The notes under the pieces were generated by a model that was not told the DNA's origin, ran no database searches, and was given only the letters and a program-made list of their open reading frames with translations. A stretch of DNA of 64,000 nt, from positions 5,053 to 69,052 of IMG/VR virus record IMGVR_UViG_3300013233_000137. One strand, given 5' to 3'. The translations under genes were made by a program, and so were the position numbers. Below, one piece after another: positions 18,526 to 27,667 of this stretch (its first letter is position 1; every line of letters starts with the position of its first letter). This DNA is from a virus.

Positions 18526-20447
18526 GATTTCTCCCAGGTTATTATGTCCTCGGTTCTCTTAGCTCGTTCATTCCAATGGTACTTGAAGTCCCCAAGGCTT
18601 ATGGCCTGTAGCTTACGCTTGGCCTTGAGGTTCTTCATAATCATATAGTCCGTTTCCAAATGTACCAAATCAATGATTGTTGCTCCTCGGTTAGTATCCA
18701 TCCCTGTACGGTGAATACGATCTTCACTTTGTATTCGGGACTCCGCGTTGAAATCATTACTGTAATAGATGATTACCGGTGAAGCCGTAAGGTTCAGACC
18801 CATGCCAGCTGCCCCTGGTTGACCAACAAATGCTAAGCGGGGATATTGATTTAGTAAATCAATTCTTTTGGGATGGGTTCTATCGAAGGCTTCAAGGTAT
18901 TCTCCGGAATCACCATCTCCTATTGTATGCCAACCACGTCCATCAACACGTAGTACGTCCCATTTCTGCTTTTGGCAGACTTTGACAATACGGTCTATAG
19001 AACCAGTAAACCCACCATAGATTACTACACGGCCTTGCTCACTATATTCATCAAGCAGGTCAATAAGCACATCTTCCTTCGGACAAGGAACCTCTGTAGT
19101 CACGCGTTGGAACTTCGGTATCTTCTTGAACCCACCGCATTTATCGCAGATGACGTTTTCAGTCTCGGCTTCCGCCCCGTCGAACTCAGCTGTATTCTCT
19201 GGTTTCTCATATATCGGTACGTCAATACGGCCAGTACCCTTGCATAATGGACATTCCTCCATACCTATCTGCTCCTCGGAATACTGGAATCCATCACTCA
19301 ACTCCCTCATGGACTCAAGACCCGTGATGACCCTCGGAGCTGTATCCACTAGAACCTGTGCCACTCTCAATATCTCATCAGAAGGCTTACACTCGATAAC
19401 CTTATAGGTCTTCTCTGGAAGGTCGAGGCAATCCTTCTTGAAGAATACCTTAACCAATCCAGTCATTCGTCTATATAGGGTTTCAACCTCGTTTATCGAG
19501 GTCTTAAAGAGATGATCGGCTATGGTCACATGGTCAGCTTCATATAATCCGCACTTAGCGCACTTCTTCTCGTCATCAAGCCAAGTTACTAGATGAGGAT
19601 ATACTCCACCAGTTATGGGTTGCTCACGCTGTTCAACTATCGACATGCGATTCTTGAACTTATGTATATCGCCTTCACGGAGATACCCTGGACAAGCTAT
19701 AGAACATTGCATCCACCAGTCAGCAGGGGATTTCGGAGCCGGTGAGCCTGACATCAATATTACGAATCCCTTATCTCCCCAGTCTTCGCGGACACCTTCT
19801 GCTAACTGCATAGCGGCTTGACTACGTAGGGCTGTAGGGGTTTTGACACGGCTTGACTCATCGAAGATCACGACATGTGGGGCTTTACGACCTTCAGGCC
19901 ATTTATCTATAACGCCCCTTAATTTGGCGTATGTCATGAACTCGGGCCTTACGTCACATCCCCATTTCCTGAACTCCAATTTCACGGCTTGAAGCGCACT
20001 TCGTGGACCTATCCAGAATACATCTTCAAAACCACTTTCCTCGATAAGTTCAATGGCAGCCAGAGTTTTACCACATCCCATCTCGGCAGCCCAAATTCCG
20101 TAGTGAACAAGGAGCCCATGGGCTACCATCTCAAGCTGATGTTTGAATAATGTTCTTGTAGTGATATAAGGGGCAGGAGCCTGGTCATAGATCTCAAATG
20201 GATCGTTACCCATGAGGTAATTGAGTTGGAACCAATTATGTCTACAATCCTTTACTGACCAGACCTTACGGGGTGGGGCCTCGAAGCCATGCCATTTGGC
20301 ACCTTGCATAGCTTTGACTTCGTCTTTTAGCACTTCATTATATGGGAAGGACAAGAATAATCTGTCTCCTTCTTTCGCTATCTTAGTAGTCACCCAACGA
20401 TTTCCTCCTCGCAACTTACATTCTCTAACATCGGTAGGCATGTTCAT
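18522..20447 (-). CDS. SNF2-like superfamily 2 helicase
   Basis: EMGCGKT, DESS, SGSP, GMGLNL, QSEDRIHR; CxxCxGxG zinc insertion. Confidence 0.9.
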   Translation of the reverse strand: MNMPTDVRECKLRGGNRWVTTKIAKEGDRLFLSFPYNEVLKDEVKAMQGAKWHGFEAPPRKVWSVKDCRHNWFQLNYLMGNDPFEIYDQAPAPYITTRTLFKHQLEMVAHGLLVHYGIWAAEMGCGKTLAAIELIEESGFEDVFWIGPRSALQAVKLEFRKWGCDVRPEFMTYAKLRGVIDKWPEGRKAPHVVIFDESSRVKTPTALRSQAAMQLAEGVREDWGDKGFVILMSGSPAPKSPADWWMQCSIACPGYLREGDIHKFKNRMSIVEQREQPITGGVYPHLVTWLDDEKKCAKCGLYEADHVTIADHLFKTSINEVETLYRRMTGLVKVFFKKDCLDLPEKTYKVIECKPSDEILRVAQVLVDTAPRVITGLESMRELSDGFQYSEEQIGMEECPLCKGTGRIDVPIYEKPENTAEFDGAEAETENVICDKCGGFKKIPKFQRVTTEVPCPKEDVLIDLLDEYSEQGRVVIYGGFTGSIDRIVKVCQKQKWDVLRVDGRGWHTIGDGDSGEYLEAFDRTHPKRIDLLNQYPRLAFVGQPGAAGMGLNLTASPVIIYYSNDFNAESRIQSEDRIHRTGMDTNRGATIIDLVHLETDYMIMKNLKAKRKLQAISLGDFKYHWNERAKRTEDIITWEKS

Positions 20448-20941
20448 TTCTCCTCTAAGATGAAAGTCCCATCGGGTAACATCGTCTTGGCGTAGGAGTC
20501 CCAGATTAAGCCATAACCATGGGCCTCGAACTCCAATAGTAATGTACCAAATAGTGTCCGTCTAACTTGTTCCTCATCTTCTTTGAAGATCAAATTAGTA
20601 CGTATGGTGTCCTTCCACTTCCTAAGTGTCCCATATAATAAGTAAAGTTGATTTGATAAATCAATTTTACTTATCGAGGCGTACCATCCTTTGTTGATCT
20701 CATCAACCAATATTGAAATGTTTATCGCCTCCAAAAATAAATGGCCATTACGTATAGTACGCATTGGCTCCTCGGTCCTACCTGTTAATTCGTTTAATGT
20801 CAGAGCATAAGTTAGTGGCTCATTGAACTTTAGACTAGAGTTATCTAGTGTTCTGGTTGGATATCCATTATTGGAGGTCTTGCAGAACTCCAAATATTTT
20901 GGCCAGTTGATTCGAGATTCACTAACCCATACTATTTCCAT
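20444..20941 (-). CDS. Hypothetical protein
   Basis: 165-aa ORF with GGAGA RBS. Confidence 0.65.
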   Translation of the reverse strand: MEIVWVSESRINWPKYLEFCKTSNNGYPTRTLDNSSLKFNEPLTYALTLNELTGRTEEPMRTIRNGHLFLEAINISILVDEINKGWYASISKIDLSNQLYLLYGTLRKWKDTIRTNLIFKEDEEQVRRTLFGTLLLEFEAHGYGLIWDSYAKTMLPDGTFILEEK

Positions 20942-20959
20942 GTGTTCTCCAAGAAATAA

Positions 20960-21027
20960 CTAGGGGAGAGGCAATCAGGTTCAGGAGGAACCTTGTGGGC
21001 CTCACAGCTACCACCCTCTCCCCTAGT
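20960..21027 (-). other. Multi-branch stem-loop downstream of the SSB-like gene
   Basis: 12-bp stem CTAGGGGAGAGG/CCTCTCCCCTAG enclosing two small hairpins. Confidence 0.6.
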
Positions 21028-21038
21028 GAGCGATTGCA

Positions 21039-21671
21039 CTACCGATCGCGTTTGTCGTCCTCGGCTACCTCTTCACTCTCGGCGCTTGCGAACTTTAGTG
21101 CCTGCTTCTTGATCTCCTCCATAGGCGGTGTCTCGAGAGGCGTTGAACATTCAACGACCAACGGACCATACCATGAGTACTTCTTCGTCTCGATGAAATG
21201 AGTCTTAAACGTGGCGGCTTTGTGCATCAGCTTAAAGATGTTCTTAGCCTCACGTCTTGCGGTGATACTGCAACAGAAATATGTTGCAAAGGTCTTGGCA
21301 GTGGGGATGTATACCAGGAACTCTGGGCCCCACAGGCACCCTGAATCCTTTACCGTGGAATTATCGGCAATAGTCTTGAAGGTATCGCTCTCTTTCTCAT
21401 GTGAGAATATAGGTTTCTCACCATTGGTATCTAATGCTGTCCAGCGCATATGAATAATCAAGATATCTACTTGATTTGATAAATCAACGACATCATCTTC
21501 ATTACGAACCAGGCCCCAATTACCGGCCTCAACTTGTTTTCTTTTACAGATTTTGGAATTCGTATCTGCGACTTGCAGACGGGGAAGAAACTCCCCACTC
21601 GAAACTTCTTCATTAAATGCCTCTTGGGTCACTGGCAATGCTGGCATGTCCTCGAATTTAACAACGTCCAT
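21039..21671 (-). CDS. Putative ssDNA-binding protein
   Basis: Replication-module position, LPRLQ motif, acidic C-terminal tail. Confidence 0.55.
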   Translation of the reverse strand: MDVVKFEDMPALPVTQEAFNEEVSSGEFLPRLQVADTNSKICKRKQVEAGNWGLVRNEDDVVDLSNQVDILIIHMRWTALDTNGEKPIFSHEKESDTFKTIADNSTVKDSGCLWGPEFLVYIPTAKTFATYFCCSITARREAKNIFKLMHKAATFKTHFIETKKYSWYGPLVVECSTPLETPPMEEIKKQALKFASAESEEVAEDDKRDR

Positions 21672-21754
21672 TTGAGCTCCTTGAGATTAGTATGGCCTGG
21701 GACCATCACTAGGCCCCAGGCTGATTTAGTAAATCACTTCCAAGCCATACAATG

Positions 21755-21943
21755 CTATCCTATACCATATCTTACGAGATTATGGGCATGTAGAAAACTA
21801 GCCCACCCTCGTTTAAGGCCCTCTGCAATTATCCATGAAAGAAATTCCTCTTCATGTTGTTTACAAAGCCAGATAGGATTGCCCTGGATATAGACCTTTT
21901 CTGCTGGTAATTTGAAGTAACGATCACAGGCTATACAGTCCAT
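21755..21943 (-). CDS. Small Cys/His protein
   Basis: CIAC...LCKQH. Confidence 0.5.
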   Translation of the reverse strand: MDCIACDRYFKLPAEKVYIQGNPIWLCKQHEEEFLSWIIAEGLKRGWASFLHAHNLVRYGIG

Positions 21944-21979
21944 AGTATCCCCATATAAGTATGGCTTAAACGTTTGTCA

Positions 21980-22930
21980 CTATGCTACGGCTTCGGCGGT
22001 CTTCTCTGCTGCCGCTGCCGCTTTCTTTGCCTCACGCTCGGCCTTACGCTTGGCCTTAAGCTCATCCTGTTCAGCCTTCTTCTGTTCCCAGGTTGCCTTG
22101 GCAACCTCGATAGTCTCGGGGTCCATACGCAGAACCCACTTCATCGCCATACCAAATCCCTCTTCAGGCGTTGACAGGGAATGAGCTGCACAGAGTGCGC
22201 TTGCTGTGGTGCCACCTGCCAGTTCCTCTTTCAGTTCAGCGAGAGGACGAAGACGCGGGGCTGCAACGAACTCCTCGGGCTTCGCATCCCGGCCTTCACG
22301 CTTGGCAGCACGGATCTCGGCCAGACGGGCTTTGACCTCTGGAATGAACTTCTGGGGCGTATCAGTCTGGGCGCGATCCAGGAAGTTTTCCTGCTCATCT
22401 TCAGGGAGCTTTGCAAGGTGGTTAGCATTGCTGACACAAATGTCACCATCATCTACCAATGCCGCAATCTTCTCATTGAGCTTAACCAGACCCAAACGAT
22501 CATGCAGCCATCCGGTACTTACGGAGAGCTTCTCGGCCAGTGCTGACATGGAGAGGAACGGATCAATACTCAGAAGGCGGTTAAGCTGCTTGGCATACTC
22601 CGCCGGACGGGTTTCGATCTTATGCAGATTGGTAGCCAACTGAGCTTCCAGAACACCTGCTTCATCCATGTCCTTCATAAGCATCGGGATCTCATTCAGG
22701 CCAGCATCCTTCGCTGCATTGAATCGCTGCAAGCCATCAATAAGGCCGATGTACTCTTCCCCAGTTTCCGGGTCCTTACACATACGGCCCAGAGGCGGAT
22801 TCAAAATACCTTTGGTACGTATGGAGTCCACCAACTCCAGATAGCCTTCGCTGTCACGCTTCACCTCGCGCAATGCTGATGGATTCTCACGAATCCGATG
22901 CAAAGCAACCATTTCCATCGTTTCTGCCAT
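21980..22930 (-). CDS. ParB/Spo0J-family protein 2
   Basis: ELVDSIRTKGILNP, LIDGLQR, ATNLHK, HTH LSMSALAEKLSVSTGWL, Lys/Ala-rich tail. Confidence 0.88.
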   Translation of the reverse strand: MAETMEMVALHRIRENPSALREVKRDSEGYLELVDSIRTKGILNPPLGRMCKDPETGEEYIGLIDGLQRFNAAKDAGLNEIPMLMKDMDEAGVLEAQLATNLHKIETRPAEYAKQLNRLLSIDPFLSMSALAEKLSVSTGWLHDRLGLVKLNEKIAALVDDGDICVSNANHLAKLPEDEQENFLDRAQTDTPQKFIPEVKARLAEIRAAKREGRDAKPEEFVAAPRLRPLAELKEELAGGTTASALCAAHSLSTPEEGFGMAMKWVLRMDPETIEVAKATWEQKKAEQDELKAKRKAEREAKKAAAAAEKTAEAVA

Positions 22931-22984
22931 TTTGTTTCTCCTATATTAAAACGACTATCAATCTACATAGATTGATTTGATTTA

Positions 22985-23671
22985 CTAAATCAACGTAAAT
23001 AACTTCTCGATATTCTTCTTATTTCCAATGGCTAGATCAAGGGTCGAATACATCTGCCTTGAGAATATGCACTTGAAATCCTCTGGAGCATTGTACTCCG
23101 AGATGTATACCTTATGCCCTTCTGCTGTTTTAGCCCTACACCACTTCCAGAAGGCACTATGATCAAATGTCATACCATATCCCTGTGTACCTTGATAAGG
23201 TGGATCGCAATATATTATACTATTGGATGGGATATCCAAATAGCAATAATCTTGGAATATTAATTGGGCACCTTGTAATTTCTTAGATTGCTTTACCGCT
23301 GATCTGTATGCCTCTGCCACCTCATCTATACCCTTACCTCTACGCCACCCACCAAAGAACTTACCACCAAAGGATAAGGCGAACCCCACATATGAGGCCA
23401 AAGGGCCCAAGGAGTATTGTAGCATACCATATTGGTATTCATTTAACTCTGCTTCGCTCTTAGGTATAAGATCAATATGATCACGAATGAGGCGCAAGGC
23501 TGCTATGGCATGACTATTTACGTCTGCTCCTATTCGTGGGCCGGTGACTTGGCAGATACTATTCCCGCCTCCAACGAAGGGCTCTACATAGTATTGTCCT
23601 GGTTTACGGGACCTCAATATCTTAGGAAGGATGAGCCTAGCTATTCTAGTCTTACTGCCGATGTACTTCAT
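22985..23671 (-). CDS. dam: DNA adenine methyltransferase (Dam-like)
   Basis: KYIGSK, YVEPFVGGG, YCDPPY. Confidence 0.9.
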   Translation of the reverse strand: MKYIGSKTRIARLILPKILRSRKPGQYYVEPFVGGGNSICQVTGPRIGADVNSHAIAALRLIRDHIDLIPKSEAELNEYQYGMLQYSLGPLASYVGFALSFGGKFFGGWRRGKGIDEVAEAYRSAVKQSKKLQGAQLIFQDYCYLDIPSNSIIYCDPPYQGTQGYGMTFDHSAFWKWCRAKTAEGHKVYISEYNAPEDFKCIFSRQMYSTLDLAIGNKKNIEKLFTLI

Positions 23672-23683
23672 TCTCTGTCCTTA

Positions 23684-23873
23684 TGATTTACTAAATCAGG
23701 GCCGGGTGTGAGCCATATATACATGGGTTTAAGGGTCTTCGCCCTCCCATAGCTTGTATACTTGGGTCAGATATACAACGGCGACATAGGCCACTACGGG
23801 GTACTTCCTTCCTCGTATATTAGGATGCCCGGTCTTTGCCTCCCATGACTCGCGGCCCTGATTTAGTAAATCA
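23684..23873. other. 190-bp element with 21-bp perfect terminal inverted repeats; candidate structured RNA
   Basis: TGATTTACTAAATCAGGGCCG...CGGCCCTGATTTAGTAAATCA with internal complementary segments. Confidence 0.5.
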
Positions 23874-23879
23874 CCCTCT

Positions 23880-23932
23880 TCTCAAATTGATTTGGTATCT
23901 TGATTAAATCAAAATAGTAAATCAATTTGAGA
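23880..23932. repeat. Compound palindrome of half-sites
   Basis: TCTCAAATTGATTT-GGTATC-TTGATTAAATCAA-AATAGT-AAATCAATTTGAGA. Confidence 0.85.
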
Positions 23933-23964
23933 CTTGTGCCACTGTCACTTGTCGCGCACCTTAC

Positions 23965-23993
23965 ATTATAGGTATTTAGCCCCTAGAAGTAAA
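23965..23993 (-). promoter_or_regulatory. Leftward sigma70-type promoter (dam/parB/polA operon)
   Basis: Minus strand TTTACT-17 bp-TATAAT. Confidence 0.65.
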
Positions 23994-24025
23994 ATGGTTT
24001 TCAGAATTATTTTCAAAAGGCCCAA

Positions 24026-24245
24026 GTGTAACGTTTCGTTACACTGTAACATATCTTTACCTACTACTAGGGCCCTTAAACTTCTCTCTATAGGGATTTT
24101 TTTTCTTTTTTTCTCTATAGAGCAACTTAATATATAAAAATAGTAAGTTGTAAGTGACTATATACCAACATGTTACAAGGGCCTATTTACTGTTTTCTGG
24201 AAAACCTGGTAACCGGCTTGTAACATGTTGTCATATAACGACTTA
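24026..24245. other. Candidate replication origin
   Basis: Noncoding; GTGTAACG-TTT-CGTTACAC palindrome, T-tracts, inverted 29-mers at 24151 and 24217; upstream of the primase-helicase operon. Confidence 0.45.
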
Positions 24246-24254
24246 GAAAAACGC

Positions 24255-24283
24255 TTGACTTACTGCTTTGAAATGCCTATAAT
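24255..24283 (+). promoter_or_regulatory. Rightward sigma70-type promoter (primase operon)
   Basis: TTGACT-17 bp-TATAAT. Confidence 0.75.
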
Positions 24284-24308
24284 ACATTATACAGCAAGGG
24301 GTTATGGG

Positions 24309-24362
24309 ATTGATTTGATATTTTGATTTGAATCAAAATACTAAATCAATTATAGAAATCAA
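24309..24362. repeat. Compound palindrome of half-sites
   Basis: ATTGATTT-GATATT-TTGATTTGAATCAA-AATACT-AAATCAAT plus a further AAATCA 13 bp on. Confidence 0.85.
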
Positions 24363-24418
24363 ATAGGAAGACGTATTAGTCGCTGGAAATTGATTTAGTA
24401 AATCAGAAAGGAGGACCA

Positions 24419-24592
24419 ATGATAAAACGTCAATGTGATACGTGTTTCTCTTGGATAGATTTCTGCCAATTTTATGACGATCCGGAGGAACCAAGGGACC
24501 ATGGGTTTTGTCAGAACAGAAAAGTGGAAACGGAAATCACCCATGGGGATGAGAGTTGTGAGTTCTGGATGTATTATAAGGAGGACCAATGA
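24419..24592 (+). CDS. Small Cys-rich protein (57 aa, not in ORF track)
   Basis: AGGAGGACCAATG start; MIKRQCDTC...GFC...SCEFW; ATGA overlap with next gene. Confidence 0.65.
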   Translation: MIKRQCDTCFSWIDFCQFYDDPEEPRDHGFCQNRKVETEITHGDESCEFWMYYKEDQ

Positions 24593-24780
24593 AACTGTAT
24601 ACGAGTTTTGAGGCAGCAAGAAACAGTATTGAGCCAGTGTTTTTACCTAAATTCTGTTACCTAAAGGACAATGAGGCGATGTGTGGAAACTGGTGCCCAC
24701 ACTTCCATATCATTAAAACCGGTAGTGTGAAGATAACATGTAGTCCACAAGAGGTTTTCATTAAAGTCGAGGAGCAATGA
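24589..24780 (+). CDS. Small Cys-rich protein, paralog of 90..296
   Basis: MCGNWCPHF...CSPQE; AGGAGG RBS. Confidence 0.7.
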   Translation: MKLYTSFEAARNSIEPVFLPKFCYLKDNEAMCGNWCPHFHIIKTGSVKITCSPQEVFIKVEEQ

Positions 24781-27464
24781 TGCCCACAAGAACTGAAGCC
24801 ATTAAACGCTTTCTCACCGCCAAAACCCATGCCGATCTGGCAGGTCTGTACTCCCATGATATGGAATGTCAGGTCAACGTGGCCCAGGATGATGGCGAAC
24901 GTGTAGAAGGTGACTACCAAGGTAGGCAGTGGCATGGTTGGAGTAATGGTTTGGAGACCTGGAAGAGCTTCCGAATACCGTATAAAGCAAACTCCAAGCC
25001 AGAGTATACCGATAAGGAGATGTCCTTTGATTTAGTAAATCATTCCGAAGGTATAGGGATGACTGGATGGAACTGGAAACTAGGAGTTAGTAAGTGGGTT
25101 GCCTTCGACTTCGATGCCATCACGGGTCATAGTGATAAGCATGCCAGTAAACTAACCCCCAATGAGCTTGAGGAGATCAAAAATGTTACAATGGCTGTGG
25201 ATTGGATTACAATTCGTAAGAGTACATCGGGAAAGGGGTTACACCTATACGTTTATCTTGATGACATTAGGACGGTTAATCATACGGAGCATTCAGCATT
25301 GGCAAGGGCCATTCTCGGGAAGCTCTCCGCTATAACAGGATATGATTTCCAGTCAAAGGTCGATGGGTGCGGGGGTAACATGTGGGTATGGCACCGTAAG
25401 ATGACCAACACCGATGGCCTAACACTTATAAAGAAAGGTATAAAACTCTATGACATACCTCCGAATTGGCGTGATCACCTGCAAGTAGTTACCGGAAAAA
25501 GGCGAAAGGTCAACATCCCGGATGTAGACAATATCGATGATTTCGAGGAACTACTGGGGCAGGGTACGTATGTCACTTTGGATGAGGAGCATAAGGCACT
25601 AATCACCTACCTCACGGAGAAGAACCTCTTCTACTGGTGGGATCAAGACCATCATATGTTGGTTACCCATACGCTTAACCTCCAGGACGCCTACGATGAT
25701 CTGAATATGAAGGGGATCTTCAAGACCAATTCCCCTGGGACTAATCGTGATGAGCAGAACTGCTTTGCCTATCCGATCAAGAACGGCGGCTGGGTGGTAA
25801 GGCGATTCACGAAGGGGATCAATGAGGACCTATCATGGGAGCAAGACGGCAATGGCTGGACGAAATGCTTTCTAAACCGTTCTCCTAACCTCAAGATCGC
25901 AGCTGTGAGTTCCGGTGGTCTTGAAAATGAGAGAGGGGAGTTCATCTTCCGCCACGCTCAGATGGCCCAAGACGCCGCTCTCAAGCTGAATGCCAATGTG
26001 ACCTTGCCTCCTTGGGCACTTGGACGTAAGGCCAGTATTAAACAACATAAAGACGGTAGGCGAATCGTATTGGAGATGGATCATCAGGCCGAGGATAGTA
26101 TGGAGAAGGGCTTACAAGGTTGGCTACTGGAAAAGGGTAAGTGGAAGAGGATCTTCGACGTGGCAGCTACGGAAACCCGTGCTGAGCTTACTAACTATGA
26201 TGATTTAGTAAGACATTTAGTGACCGAGGGATCAGATGACGCAGGATGGGTGATTAAAACCGATGAGGAATGGCAGCAAGAGCCTTACCAGCATATCAAG
26301 GTCGCCGTGGAAAGCCTTGGCTTCAAGGCCACAGAGGTTCGCGGGATACTTGGGGCCAGTATCTTCAAGCCCTGGAAACTGGTTAATCAGCCATTTCAAC
26401 CGGAATACATCGGTGATAGGCAGTGGAATCGGGACGCCTCCCAATATCGTTTTATGCCTACTCTAAACCGCGATGACTTGAGCTACCCTTGTTGGATGGC
26501 TATTCTAGATCACATAGGTAAGAATCTCCAAGAAGCCGTAGCCAACAATGGTTGGGCCAAGGCCAATGGCATTCTCACTGGTGCTGATTATCTCAAATGC
26601 TGGATAGCTTCCCTACTGCAAGAGCCATTACAGCCACTACCTTACCTGTTTCTCTACGGTCCGCAAGGTAGTGGTAAATCCATTCTACCCGAGGCGCTGA
26701 GTCTGTTGTTCACCAAGGGCTACGCTAGAGCAGACATGGCCTTGAAATCTAAAGATGGTTTTAATGGCGAACTACGTAGTGCTATATTGTGTTCTATTGA
26801 GGAGACGGACTTAAACCGTAATAAGCAAGCATCGTCACGTATCAAGGACTGGGTGACCAGTCTTCAACTACCTGTTCATGTGAAGTGTAAAACCCCGTTC
26901 TTAGTACCGAACTCCACACATTGGATTCAGACTGATAACGACCAGGCGGCATGTCCAGTATTTCCGGGCGACACCCGTGTCGTGGTGATCTACGTTGAGA
27001 GCGTCGATCCCATTAAGTTAATCCCAAAGAAGAAGTTGATACCAATGCTAGAGAAGGAGGCCCCGGACTTCTTATCAAGTTGTCTTGGCATCGAATTACC
27101 GGCCTCCCCTGATAGGCTTAACATCCCAGTTGTGACAACGGCGGAGAAACACTCCATCGAACTAGGTAACCGTACAATGCTTGAGGTCTTCATCGAAGAA
27201 CAATGCCACCATGTCCCCGGGGAGATGATCAAGTTCTCAGCGCTTTATGACCGATTTCGAGAATGGTTAGAACCAAGTGACGTCAATAGCTGGTCGAAAA
27301 TACGTTTTGGCCAATACTTCTCTGCCAATATGCATAAGTACCCCAAGGGCCGTTCAACTAAGAATGGGCAATGGCATATCGGTAATATAAGTTTAACTAA
27401 GGTTCCAGTCACAGGGGCTCCCTATATTGTTCAAGATGATATGCTTAGGGAGGGTAAACTATGA
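24777..27464 (+). CDS. Primase-helicase (AEP/prim-pol N-terminus, SF3/D5-like helicase C-terminus)
   Basis: FDFD, STSGKGLHLY, Walker A GPQGSGKS, Walker B IEE, TDN. Confidence 0.88.
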   Translation: MMPTRTEAIKRFLTAKTHADLAGLYSHDMECQVNVAQDDGERVEGDYQGRQWHGWSNGLETWKSFRIPYKANSKPEYTDKEMSFDLVNHSEGIGMTGWNWKLGVSKWVAFDFDAITGHSDKHASKLTPNELEEIKNVTMAVDWITIRKSTSGKGLHLYVYLDDIRTVNHTEHSALARAILGKLSAITGYDFQSKVDGCGGNMWVWHRKMTNTDGLTLIKKGIKLYDIPPNWRDHLQVVTGKRRKVNIPDVDNIDDFEELLGQGTYVTLDEEHKALITYLTEKNLFYWWDQDHHMLVTHTLNLQDAYDDLNMKGIFKTNSPGTNRDEQNCFAYPIKNGGWVVRRFTKGINEDLSWEQDGNGWTKCFLNRSPNLKIAAVSSGGLENERGEFIFRHAQMAQDAALKLNANVTLPPWALGRKASIKQHKDGRRIVLEMDHQAEDSMEKGLQGWLLEKGKWKRIFDVAATETRAELTNYDDLVRHLVTEGSDDAGWVIKTDEEWQQEPYQHIKVAVESLGFKATEVRGILGASIFKPWKLVNQPFQPEYIGDRQWNRDASQYRFMPTLNRDDLSYPCWMAILDHIGKNLQEAVANNGWAKANGILTGADYLKCWIASLLQEPLQPLPYLFLYGPQGSGKSILPEALSLLFTKGYARADMALKSKDGFNGELRSAILCSIEETDLNRNKQASSRIKDWVTSLQLPVHVKCKTPFLVPNSTHWIQTDNDQAACPVFPGDTRVVVIYVESVDPIKLIPKKKLIPMLEKEAPDFLSSCLGIELPASPDRLNIPVVTTAEKHSIELGNRTMLEVFIEEQCHHVPGEMIKFSALYDRFREWLEPSDVNSWSKIRFGQYFSANMHKYPKGRSTKNGQWHIGNISLTKVPVTGAPYIVQDDMLREGKL

Positions 27465-27667
27465 TAGCAGATATCCTTAATGCCCTTGAACCAGAACAGC
27501 ATAGTCAACTTATGTATGCCTTCGAGCAGGGGTTCTCCCAGATTATTATCTATGAACCTGGACGATTCATAGGGGTCAACATCTCGAATATTAAGAATCT
27601 TGATTTAGTAAATCAGGAAGGAGACTGGTCATGCGGAACGGTAAGAAATACGACACGGGGAAACTGA
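27461..27667 (+). CDS. Hypothetical protein
   Basis: ORF with ATGA overlap. Confidence 0.6.
   Translation: MIADILNALEPEQHSQLMYAFEQGFSQIIIYEPGRFIGVNISNIKNLDLVNQEGDWSCGTVRNTTRGN

Noticed and set aside
20444-20941. ThyX-like thymidylate synthase
   Set aside because: Only a faint resemblance; no RHRxxSxxxxSxR motif.
20960-21027. tRNA
   Set aside because: Only two inner arms; no T-loop/D-loop consensus or CCA end.
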